Assembly: GCA_007134675.1 (NCBI GenBank)
Contig: SLKJ01000006.1
Location: 1-63,868, forward strand
Source: Bacteroidales bacterium
GTDB lineage: Bacteria > Bacteroidota > Bacteroidia > Bacteroidales > PUMT01
Direction of reading: 5' to 3'
DNA length: 63,868 nt
Positions 1 to 7,626 of this stretch are shown here, piece by piece. The position numbers and the translations under genes are program-made. The notes below the pieces were generated by a model. That model was not told where the DNA came from. It did not search any database and worked only from the letters and a program-made list of their open reading frames with translations. Each line of letters starts with the position of its first letter. The first letter of the stretch is position 1.

Positions 1-14
1 AAGAGGTTAAGTCC

Positions 15-88
15 GGCCCCGTAGTTCAGTTGAATAGAACGTCAGATTCCGGTTCTGAAGGTCGGGGGTTTGAATCCCTCCGGGGTCA
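15..88 (+). tRNA. tRNA-Arg (anticodon CCG)
   Basis: Hand-folded cloverleaf. Acceptor GGCCCCG/CGGGGTC; anticodon stem TCAGA/TCTGA with loop TTCCGGT (CCG); T-arm GGGGG-TTTGAAT-CCCTC; discriminator A. 74 nt, no encoded CCA. Confidence 0.9.
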
Positions 89-186
89 CAAGGCACAAGT
101 TTATGTTATTGCAATATTTTGTTCCTTATATGGGTTAGCAATACAAACTGATGCCCGGAGGGATCATGAGCGGGATGTGTGCCTGC

Positions 187-227
187 CAGATTTCGGGTGT
201 AGCGAACTAATCCCTCCGGGGTCACAA
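187..227 (+). repeat. Decayed copy of the tRNA-Arg 3' half (att-like direct repeat)
   Basis: AATCCCTCCGGGGTCACAA at 209-227 is identical to 73-91. CAGATTTCGGG at 187-197 resembles the anticodon-loop segment CAGATTCCGG at 43-52. No full cloverleaf can be folded. Confidence 0.6.
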
Positions 228-243
228 CATAAACAACTGATAG

Positions 244-277
244 CGCTGCGTGTTAATTACATGCAGCGTTTTTATTT
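244..277 (+). terminator. Rho-independent terminator downstream of tRNA-Arg
   Basis: Hairpin CGCTGCGTG...CATGCAGCG followed by TTTTTATTT. Confidence 0.6.
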
Positions 278-589
278 AACTTCACACATGAAATAACACA
301 CACTTTTTGAAGTTTCAACCTGTTTTATATAGATGAAACAGTAAAATATGAAAGACCCCCGGGAGGTATAAGGTTTTCATTTCAGGAGCCGGAAGGTGGC
401 AGAGAGCCTCTGCTGAAGAAGGTGCCCGAGACATCTGCTGCCCATCTTGAAGGTTATCAGGGCGAAGACTATCTGTCAGTGGATGATATATGGCCTTAAA
501 CTAGTAAGGGGGTGAAGATTCCCCTGCCTTTTCATCCCCCTCAGGTATTCTGCTTTGCTGGTACAGCAGCAAACTTAACCATATATTGT

Positions 590-1066
590 TTAATCGAAGA
601 TATCTTCAACAGTTATTGTTGAGTAGTTGATATTCAAGGCGTTTGCGCGTCGCAAGGCCTGTTTTACATCATCCACTATACCCATGCGCACTTCATTGTC
701 CACTTTCAGTGAGGTCCTCATAAAGGGAATCTCAGATTCATCCCGGGCTTCTCTCTCACTGGCTATAAAAGCAAAAATATCATCTGTAGTTGCAAACTGG
801 TCATTTAACTGTATGCGGGGCTCGGTACCCAAAAGCCTCTGAAATGCAGGCCTGGGTTTCCCTATGTAGATATAACTTATCAGTGATTTTCTTTCCAGTT
901 TTCTGATCTCGGTTGCTGACGGCAGTCGCTGCATCACATTTATTGTAACTTCACGCATTGTTGTACTAACCATGAAAAAGAACAACAGCATAAAAACAAT
1001 ATCGGGAAGTGACGCAGTACTTATCCCAGGCCTTTTATCCTTGTCTTTCCTTTGAAATTTTGACAT
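590..1066 (-). CDS. exbD: Biopolymer transport protein ExbD/TolR
   Basis: 158 aa. N-terminal basic stretch then a single TM (LPDIVFMLLFFFMVSTTM), typical ExbD/TolR. Lies in an exbB-exbD cluster. Confidence 0.85.
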   Translation of the reverse strand: MSKFQRKDKDKRPGISTASLPDIVFMLLFFFMVSTTMREVTINVMQRLPSATEIRKLERKSLISYIYIGKPRPAFQRLLGTEPRIQLNDQFATTDDIFAFIASEREARDESEIPFMRTSLKVDNEVRMGIVDDVKQALRRANALNINYSTITVEDIFD

Positions 1067-1067
1067 A

Positions 1068-1655
1068 TTAGTTTCCTCCTACTCTTCTGGGTTCGGCTTC
1101 AGAAATTCTCATTGGGAAAATTGTTCGAACGGCGGACTGCTGATCAGAATCGAGCCTGTCATATACACGTCCGAATCTGTCCATTGAAAGTTCATCCCTG
1201 AGTTCATTATAGGCCGCGGTCAATTCGTTCTGGACTTTAATATACATACCATAGGATGTCCCCCGGGCATTCTGGAGTGAGATTACCTGCCTTGAAATTG
1301 GGACTTCTCCAAAATATTCCACCTCTTCAATCACTTTTTCAGGCAGGTGCTCCTCATCATTGGGATTGGCAATGAATTCTTTGGCCCTGTCTCTGAGATT
1401 CCGGATATCTTCAAGTTGACCTTCGACAAGGAGCATATCCTGTGCATTTACACGGACGGTGAAAATATTTCGCTCCCTGATCTGCTGGTCATCATCAACT
1501 TCATCTTCCGGCATGGGGGGCAAAACCCTTGATATGCCAGAGTCTACATCCATGGTGGTTGCTACCAGGAAGAATATCAGCAACATAAATGCAATATCTG
1601 CCATGGAAGCTGTAGGTATTTCCGGGATATTTCTTGCCATATCGTAATTTTTCAT
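1068..1655 (-). CDS. exbD: Biopolymer transport protein ExbD/TolR (second paralog)
   Basis: 195 aa. IPTASMADIAFMLLIFFLVATTM ExbD signature. Only 1 nt separates it from the downstream exbD. Alternative ATG at 1640. Confidence 0.85.
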   Translation of the reverse strand: MKNYDMARNIPEIPTASMADIAFMLLIFFLVATTMDVDSGISRVLPPMPEDEVDDDQQIRERNIFTVRVNAQDMLLVEGQLEDIRNLRDRAKEFIANPNDEEHLPEKVIEEVEYFGEVPISRQVISLQNARGTSYGMYIKVQNELTAAYNELRDELSMDRFGRVYDRLDSDQQSAVRTIFPMRISEAEPRRVGGN

Positions 1656-1691
1656 TTTTTGCCGCCAGCCAGGTGCACAGCGACAAAGATT

Positions 1692-2147
1692 TTACCTAAA
1701 CAAATTTCTGATCTCAGTATAAAATATTGATAAAATTGCAAGCGCAAGCAATATATACATTGTTCCTAATTGCGTTCCTGCCATTTTAAGTATGTGCGGA
1801 ACATTATCCGGATGTTCGGTGGTAAGCGGTAATACTTCATCAGATGAAAACTGCCATGCGATAAAGACTATTACTGCTACTCCCACAAGGCCAATCAGTG
1901 TTTTTTTTGCATTTTTTGGGTTAGTTATCATCCTGATAGCCGGAAAAATAATTGCTGAGATTAAAGCCAGGCCAACAAGAACATATGCCCAGATCAGGAT
2001 TGTTTCAGTAACAACCGGTTCTCTCATGGGAGTGTCTGCAGTACCCGGCACATCAGTGCCGAAGTAGAATATCAGCATCAAAACAATTGATATTCCCATC
2101 AGAACATACAGAGAAATGGTTACTATTTTTTGAATTATATTGGACAT
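1692..2147 (-). CDS. Hypothetical small integral membrane protein of the ExbB/ExbD cluster
   Basis: 151 aa, about 4 predicted TM segments. Tightly packed between exbB and exbD. No recognisable motif. Confidence 0.6.
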   Translation of the reverse strand: MSNIIQKIVTISLYVLMGISIVLMLIFYFGTDVPGTADTPMREPVVTETILIWAYVLVGLALISAIIFPAIRMITNPKNAKKTLIGLVGVAVIVFIAWQFSSDEVLPLTTEHPDNVPHILKMAGTQLGTMYILLALAILSIFYTEIRNLFR

Positions 2148-2152
2148 ACTGC

Positions 2153-2941
2153 CTATTTTTTGAGGTTATGTTTTACCAACATATCAATAAGTGAGATGGA
2201 GGCATCTTCCATTGTATTTACAAGCGAATCGATTTTTGATGCAATGTAATTGTAGAATACCTGAAGTATAATTGCTACGACAAGACCGGAAACCGTCGTA
2301 ATAAGAGCAACCTTGATACCACCCGCAACTAGTGAGGGAGAAATGTCACCCGCTGCTTCGATCGAGTCAAATGCAGCAATCATCCCGATTACTGTACCCA
2401 TAAAACCTAACATGGGTGCAATTGATATGAACAATGATATCCATGTCATGTTTTTTTCCAGCAGCCCGGTTTGAACACCACCATAGGCAACAACCTGTTT
2501 TTCAACAACATCAATGCCTTCTTCGAATTTGCTGAGTCCCTGGTAGAAAATACTGGCAACCGGACCTCTGGTATCTCGGCATACTTCTTTGGCTGCTTCA
2601 ATACCTCCGTTTTCGAGCGCTTCTTCTACATCAAGCAGAAGCTTTTCGGTATTTGTAGTGGCAAAATTCAAGTAGAGTATCCTTTCTATTGCAATTGCGA
2701 GGCCAAAGATCAGGGCCAGGAGTACAACACCCATAAAGCCTGCGCCACCTTCTATGAAGATTCTTTTGATCTCCTGGTGAAGTGGCTGAGCTTCCTCTTC
2801 TTCCTCAATTTCAACTGGTGGAGGAGTTACCTGCTCAATTTGTTCAGCAGGGTCTTCTATTTCTTCCTGAGCAATTGCAATATGTGAAGATCCAAATGAA
2901 AGAATTCCCAATACTGCTAAATACGCGAATAAATTTTTCAT
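2153..2941 (-). CDS. exbB: MotA/TolQ/ExbB proton-channel family protein
   Basis: 262 aa. Signal peptide, acidic spacer, then a TolQ/ExbB-type C-terminal TM core (MLGFMGTVIGMIAAF...GGIKVALITTVSGL). Confidence 0.9.
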   Translation of the reverse strand: MKNLFAYLAVLGILSFGSSHIAIAQEEIEDPAEQIEQVTPPPVEIEEEEEAQPLHQEIKRIFIEGGAGFMGVVLLALIFGLAIAIERILYLNFATTNTEKLLLDVEEALENGGIEAAKEVCRDTRGPVASIFYQGLSKFEEGIDVVEKQVVAYGGVQTGLLEKNMTWISLFISIAPMLGFMGTVIGMIAAFDSIEAAGDISPSLVAGGIKVALITTVSGLVVAIILQVFYNYIASKIDSLVNTMEDASISLIDMLVKHNLKK

Positions 2942-2973
2942 GGTTTATCTAAAATTTAATTATTAAAGTCTTG

Positions 2974-3004
2974 CAAATTTATAATATAACTTTTTAAAAT
3001 GCAA
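2974..3004 (-). promoter_or_regulatory. Candidate Bacteroidota-type promoter for the exbB operon
   Basis: On the minus strand, TTG (3004-3002), 20 nt, then TAAATTTG (2981-2974), matching TTG/TAnnTTTG. The -7 box lies 33 nt upstream of the exbB ATG. Confidence 0.35.
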
Positions 3005-3016
3005 TTTTATTTTATG

Positions 3017-3104
3017 CGGAGAAGGCGGGATTCGAACCCGCGATACCCTTGTGAGGTATACACACTTTCCAGGCGTGCGCCTTCGACCACTCGGCCACCT
3101 CTCC
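3017..3104 (-). tRNA. tRNA-Ser (anticodon GGA)
   Basis: The reverse complement folds as a class II tRNA. Acceptor GGAGAGG/CTTCTCC; anticodon stem CACGC/GTGTG with loop CTGGAAA (GGA); long variable arm; T-arm GCGGG-TTCGAAT-CCCGC. 88 nt. Confidence 0.9.
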
Positions 3105-3177
3105 GAATAAAAAAAATGCTTCGATGTAAATTTTCAGTATGTGAAAGTACAAAAAAATCATAAATAAAAACAATCTG

Positions 3178-4206
3178 TCACTTTATTTCACCTCTGAGAG
3201 AGTTATTTATAAATGTTCTTATTTCTTTGTTAGCGTTGTATTGTGCAAGAAGGAACATGGTTTTAGTTATGGCGGCCTCGGTGGTAATATCGCTTCCACT
3301 TAAGACACCTGCTTCGAGAAGTCTTCTTCCGGTATTGTATTTATTCATATCAACACTCCCGGCAGCACATTGACTAACATTCAATACAATAATGTCTCTT
3401 TTTACTGCGGCTTTTATTTCAGATAAGAACCATGATGCAGTCGGGGCATTTCCTGCGCCGTATGTTTCAATAATCACGGCTCTAAGCCCGTCTGTATTAA
3501 ACGTAGATCGCAGTAATTTATTAGTTATACCGGGAAAAATTTTCAAAACAGCAATATTATTGTCCAGAGAGTTGTAAATCTTTAATTTTTTGTCACCGTA
3601 TGGATAGTTGATTGCATGATAGTTATATTCTATATTTATTCCTGTTTCTGCAAGGAGTGGATAATTATCTGACCGGAAAGCATTGAAGTAATCTACACTG
3701 TATTTTGTTGTTCGGTTTCCCCTGAAAAGCTTGTTTTGGAAAAATATGCAAACTTCGGGTACGGCCGGAGAATTGTTTATTTTTCCAGCAGCTATTTCTA
3801 TTGAGGTTATAAGGTTTTCTTTACCGTCTGTACGAAGCATACCTATTGGCAATTGCGATCCGGTAAAAATGACAGGTTTATCCAGGTTCTCAAGCAGGAA
3901 GCTCAGTGCCGAGGCTGAATATGCCATGGTATCTGTTCCATGCAGAATAACAAATCCGTCAAAATCATCATAATGGTTGCCTATTGCAGTTGCCAGTCTT
4001 ATCCACATATCCGGTGTAATTTCAGATGAATCGACCGGGGGAGAAAAAGAGACAGCTTTAATATCGAGGTCAAAACGTTTTAGTTCCGGTAATTGCTTTG
4101 ATATCTCAGCAAAATTTACCGGAATAAGGTTTCCTGTTTCAGGATCGAGTGACATACCTATTGTGCCGCCGGTATAGATGATCAGAATTGATTGCCTCTC
4201 ATGCAT
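3178..4206 (-). CDS. ansA: Type I L-asparaginase
   Basis: 342 aa. N-terminal IYTGGTIGM catalytic-Thr motif and HGTDTM motif. Confidence 0.9.
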   Translation of the reverse strand: MHERQSILIIYTGGTIGMSLDPETGNLIPVNFAEISKQLPELKRFDLDIKAVSFSPPVDSSEITPDMWIRLATAIGNHYDDFDGFVILHGTDTMAYSASALSFLLENLDKPVIFTGSQLPIGMLRTDGKENLITSIEIAAGKINNSPAVPEVCIFFQNKLFRGNRTTKYSVDYFNAFRSDNYPLLAETGINIEYNYHAINYPYGDKKLKIYNSLDNNIAVLKIFPGITNKLLRSTFNTDGLRAVIIETYGAGNAPTASWFLSEIKAAVKRDIIVLNVSQCAAGSVDMNKYNTGRRLLEAGVLSGSDITTEAAITKTMFLLAQYNANKEIRTFINNSLRGEIK

Positions 4207-4208
4207 TA

Positions 4209-4982
4209 TTATGGTTTCAGATTGAACAGTTCGAAGGCATTTCCGGTTGTAATCTTTGCAACTTCATCAAAAGTCAGGCCTTTCAGCCCGGCGATTTTTT
4301 CAGCTATAAAGGTAAGGTAAGCACTTTCATTGCGTTTACCCCTGTTTGGCGCGGGTGTGAGATACGGAGAGTCGGTTTCCAGGACTATGTCTTTCAGGTC
4401 TACAGCCCTGACTACCGGTTCCAGACCTGAATTTCTGAATGTAACTGTACCCCCTAATCCAATTTTAAATCCCAGATCTGTTATTTTCTCAGCTTGTTCA
4501 ACACTCCCCGAAAAGGCATGAAAAACTCCCCGGAGACCGGCTTTGGCATGCGATTTGACAATTGCAAGTATTTTATTCATTGTCTCCCTGGAGTGAATTA
4601 CAACCGGAAGTCCCATTGTTTTTGCCCATTCAAGATGAGTGATGAATGAAAACTCCTGTTCTCCAAGAAAAGTCGAGTCCCAATAGGCATCCATTCCCGT
4701 TTCTCCAATCGCTACAAATTCATTATCGGTTGCTAATTGCTCGAGAATTGATAACTGATGACTGTAATCATCCCTAACAGAGACCGGATGCAGTCCCAGC
4801 ATTGGATAGCATTGAGTGCTGTAACGTTTGCAGAGTTCCAGCATTGGCCTTGCAGATTTCACATCAATATTTGGCAGCAGAATTTTTATGACATTTTTAT
4901 CTGCCGCATTGTTAATGACCCGGTCGATATCACCACTGAAATGAGGCAGGTATAAATGGGCATGGGTGTCTATAAGGTTCAT
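4209..4982 (-). CDS. TatD-family metal-dependent hydrolase/DNase
   Basis: MNLIDTHAHLY start motif. The ORF track extends to 5039, but that extension overlaps gdhA. The ATG at 4982 gives a canonical TatD N-terminus. Confidence 0.85.
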   Translation of the reverse strand: MNLIDTHAHLYLPHFSGDIDRVINNAADKNVIKILLPNIDVKSARPMLELCKRYSTQCYPMLGLHPVSVRDDYSHQLSILEQLATDNEFVAIGETGMDAYWDSTFLGEQEFSFITHLEWAKTMGLPVVIHSRETMNKILAIVKSHAKAGLRGVFHAFSGSVEQAEKITDLGFKIGLGGTVTFRNSGLEPVVRAVDLKDIVLETDSPYLTPAPNRGKRNESAYLTFIAEKIAGLKGLTFDEVAKITTGNAFELFNLKP

Positions 4983-4995
4983 TGTATGTAGTTTA

Positions 4996-6336
4996 TCATA
5001 CAGCCCCTTGAGCCAGCATGGCATCGGCAACCTTAACAAACCCCCCGATGTTTGAGCCTTTGACGTAATTTATATATCCATCCTTCTCATCTCCGAATCT
5101 TATGCAGGTCTCATGAATATCTTTCATAATTTGCTGTAGTTTTTGATCAACCTCCTCGCGGTGCCAGCTCATTCTCATTGAATTTTGAGTCATCTCCAGT
5201 CCGCTCACTGCAACTCCTCCTGCATTAGCCGCTTTTCCGGGCCCGAATAGTATCCGGTTTTTGAGAAATATCTCTACCGCTTCTGCTGTAGATGGCATAT
5301 TTGCACCCTCAGAAATAACGAAACAACCGTTTTTGATCAGGTTTTCGGCCTCTTCTTTATTGATTTCATTTTCAGTTGCACAAGGTAGTGCAACATCGCA
5401 TTTGACTATCCAGGGCCGTTTACCATCATAATACTCCACCCCGAATTTATCTGCATATTCTCTGATCCGGCCGCGTTTTATATTTTTTATTTCCATTACA
5501 GATGCCAGTTTTTCCCGGTCTATACCACCGGGGTCATAAATAAACCCGGTGCTGTCTGAGAGTGTAACAACTTTTGCTCCCAGCTCTGTTGCCTTTTCAG
5601 TGGCAAATTGAGCTACATTTCCCGAGCCTGATACTGCAATGGTTTTTCCTTTAAGACTATCATCGCGGGTCTGCAACATGGCCTGGGCAAAATAGACGCA
5701 ACCGTATCCTGTCGCCTCAGGCCTGATCAGGCTTCCGCCCCATTCTCTTCCCTTGCCCGTCAGCACTCCGGTGAATTCATTCCTCAGTCGTTTATATTGT
5801 CCGAACATGAAACCGATCTCCCTGCCTCCAACACCTATGTCACCGGCAGGTATATCAGTATCAGGACCAATATGGCGGCTCAACTCGGTCATAAAACTCT
5901 GGCAGAACTTCATAACTTCATTGTCTGTTTTACCCTTTGGGTCAAAATCGGAGCCTCCCTTACCTCCGCCAATTGGTAACGTTGTCAGCGAATTTTTAAA
6001 TACCTGCTCGAAAGCCAGAAATTTAAGGATACCAAGATTGACTGTGGGGTGAAATCGTAAACCTCCCTTGTAGGGTCCAATTGCCGAGTTCATCTCAATT
6101 CGGTAGCCTTTGTTAATTTGTATTTCTCCCTTATCGTCTGTCCAGGGTACTCTGAACATTATTATTCTTTCTGGTTCTGCTATCCGTTCAAGGATCTTGG
6201 CATATTTATATTTAGGATTTTCTTCAATAAAAGGAATAAGTGATTCGGCCACTTCTTTTACTGCCTGGTGAAATTCAAGTTCGCCAGGGTTTTTGGCAAT
6301 TATATTTGCCATGAATCTTTCTACTCTGGGGTCCAT
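4996..6336 (-). CDS. gdhA: Glutamate dehydrogenase, NADP-type fingerprint
   Basis: 446 aa. Hexameric GDH motifs (GPYKGGLRFHP, LPIGGGKGGSDFDPKGK). Dinucleotide fold VSGSGNVAQFA...LSDSTG as recalled for E. coli GdhA. Confidence 0.9.
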   Translation of the reverse strand: MDPRVERFMANIIAKNPGELEFHQAVKEVAESLIPFIEENPKYKYAKILERIAEPERIIMFRVPWTDDKGEIQINKGYRIEMNSAIGPYKGGLRFHPTVNLGILKFLAFEQVFKNSLTTLPIGGGKGGSDFDPKGKTDNEVMKFCQSFMTELSRHIGPDTDIPAGDIGVGGREIGFMFGQYKRLRNEFTGVLTGKGREWGGSLIRPEATGYGCVYFAQAMLQTRDDSLKGKTIAVSGSGNVAQFATEKATELGAKVVTLSDSTGFIYDPGGIDREKLASVMEIKNIKRGRIREYADKFGVEYYDGKRPWIVKCDVALPCATENEINKEEAENLIKNGCFVISEGANMPSTAEAVEIFLKNRILFGPGKAANAGGVAVSGLEMTQNSMRMSWHREEVDQKLQQIMKDIHETCIRFGDEKDGYINYVKGSNIGGFVKVADAMLAQGAV

Positions 6337-6392
6337 ATTTTTTGGTGTGAATAAATTGTAAAAAGGTACCAGACAACAAACATAAAAATTTT

Positions 6393-7523
6393 TTAGAAAA
6401 AACTAACTGATAAGCTATACATATTCCCTGGATGACAGGTAATATATCCCATGCATTCAAGGTTAAGCAGCAGATAAGATATTTGTCCGGAACCAATTCC
6501 CGTTTCATTGGATATCTGGTCGGCTGTCATTTTTTCTTTATCACCAAGCAGAAGAATGATACTTCTTTCTTCACTGTTTAAGCCATTCATTAATCGCAGT
6601 TCTCTTTTCCCCTTCAGTTTATCTGTTGGGTGCCAGTTCATAATATATTCAATATCTTCTACCTTCTCGATGAGAGCGGCTTTATTGGCTTTAATCAGGC
6701 TATTGCAACCCTGTGATCTCTTATCGTTTATTCTTCCGGGCAGGGCAAATACATCCCGGTTATACGAACTGGCAAGATCTGCTGTAATGAGGGCGCCGCC
6801 TTTAACTGATGACTCAATAACAATTGTTGCATCAGCCAGACCTGCAATTATCCTGTTACGTTTTAAAAAATTGCCTCTTTCAGGCAGAGTTTTGCTGCCA
6901 AAATCTGTTACCAGGGCACCCTGTCCGATGATTTTCTCAGCAACATTCCTGTGGGATGAAGGATATATGGTTGACAGCCCGTGTGCAAGAACTGCTACCG
7001 TGGGGAGTTGGTTTTCAAGGGCCGCCTTATGGGCACATATGTCTATGCCGTAAGCCAGTCCACTGACAACCAGGGTGTTGTGTCCGCGGGAGGTTAGTGC
7101 TGATACAAGGTCCCGGCAAAATTCCAGCCCGTAGGTACTGGCATTTCTGGTTCCCACAATACTCAGCACCCTGGGGTTATCCAGATCAGCTTCGCCTCTG
7201 ATAAACAGAACCACCGGCGAATCTGGACACTCCCTAAGCCTTTCGGGATAACCTTCATCACGATAATAAAGTGTTTTTATCCGGTATTTTGTTATGAATT
7301 CAATCTCCTTTTCTGCATGGGCCAGAATAGTGTGATTTGTTATATTTTCTGCCAGTGTTTTACCTATACCGGAAATATTTTGAAGAAAAGCTTTGCTACT
7401 GCTAAAAACCTCTTCAGGGCTTCCTGCGGATTCAATTAGTTTTTTCGCCAGAACACCACCTATTCCGGGAATAAGGTTAATGGCGATTTTATATTTCAGA
7501 GATTCATAATCAAAGGATGTCAT
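6393..7523 (-). CDS. dprA: DNA-processing protein DprA
   Basis: 376 aa. Rossmann-like DprA core (VVSGLAYGIDICAHKAAL, GGALITADLA) and a C-terminal winged-helix-like tail. Confidence 0.9.
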   Translation of the reverse strand: MTSFDYESLKYKIAINLIPGIGGVLAKKLIESAGSPEEVFSSSKAFLQNISGIGKTLAENITNHTILAHAEKEIEFITKYRIKTLYYRDEGYPERLRECPDSPVVLFIRGEADLDNPRVLSIVGTRNASTYGLEFCRDLVSALTSRGHNTLVVSGLAYGIDICAHKAALENQLPTVAVLAHGLSTIYPSSHRNVAEKIIGQGALVTDFGSKTLPERGNFLKRNRIIAGLADATIVIESSVKGGALITADLASSYNRDVFALPGRINDKRSQGCNSLIKANKAALIEKVEDIEYIMNWHPTDKLKGKRELRLMNGLNSEERSIILLLGDKEKMTADQISNETGIGSGQISYLLLNLECMGYITCHPGNMYSLSVSFF

Positions 7524-7551
7524 GTCATTACGATCGGTTACTATATTAAAT

Positions 7552-7626
7552 ATACAAAAAAAAAGACTGTCGCAGCTAGTCGACAGTCTTTTTTTTATGC
7601 AGGGAGCAAATTGCAGATTTGCTCCC
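7552..7626 (-). terminator. Tandem hairpins / bidirectional terminator after the second gdh
   Basis: GGGAGCAAA-ttgcaga-TTTGCTCCC (7602-7626), then AGACTGTCG-cagctagt-CGACAGTCT (7564-7589). The second hairpin is flanked by an A-run (7552-7563) and a T-run (7589-7597). Confidence 0.65.

Noticed and set aside
30-296. 88-aa ORF overlapping tRNA-Arg and its terminator
   Set aside because: It reads straight through a well-folded tRNA gene and a terminator hairpin and has no protein-like features.
382-402. SRP (4.5S) RNA-like motif TCAGGAGCCGGAAGGTGGCAG, resembling the domain IV consensus CAGG-CCGGAAGG-AGCAG
   Set aside because: The apical GGAA tetraloop and 3' GGCA loop fit. The 5' side has an extra nucleotide, and the flanks do not form the long helix 5. 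The best pairing leaves a 9-nt bulge on the wrong (3') side, and the G-rich flanks cannot pair. It is kept only as part of the orphan-spacer finding.
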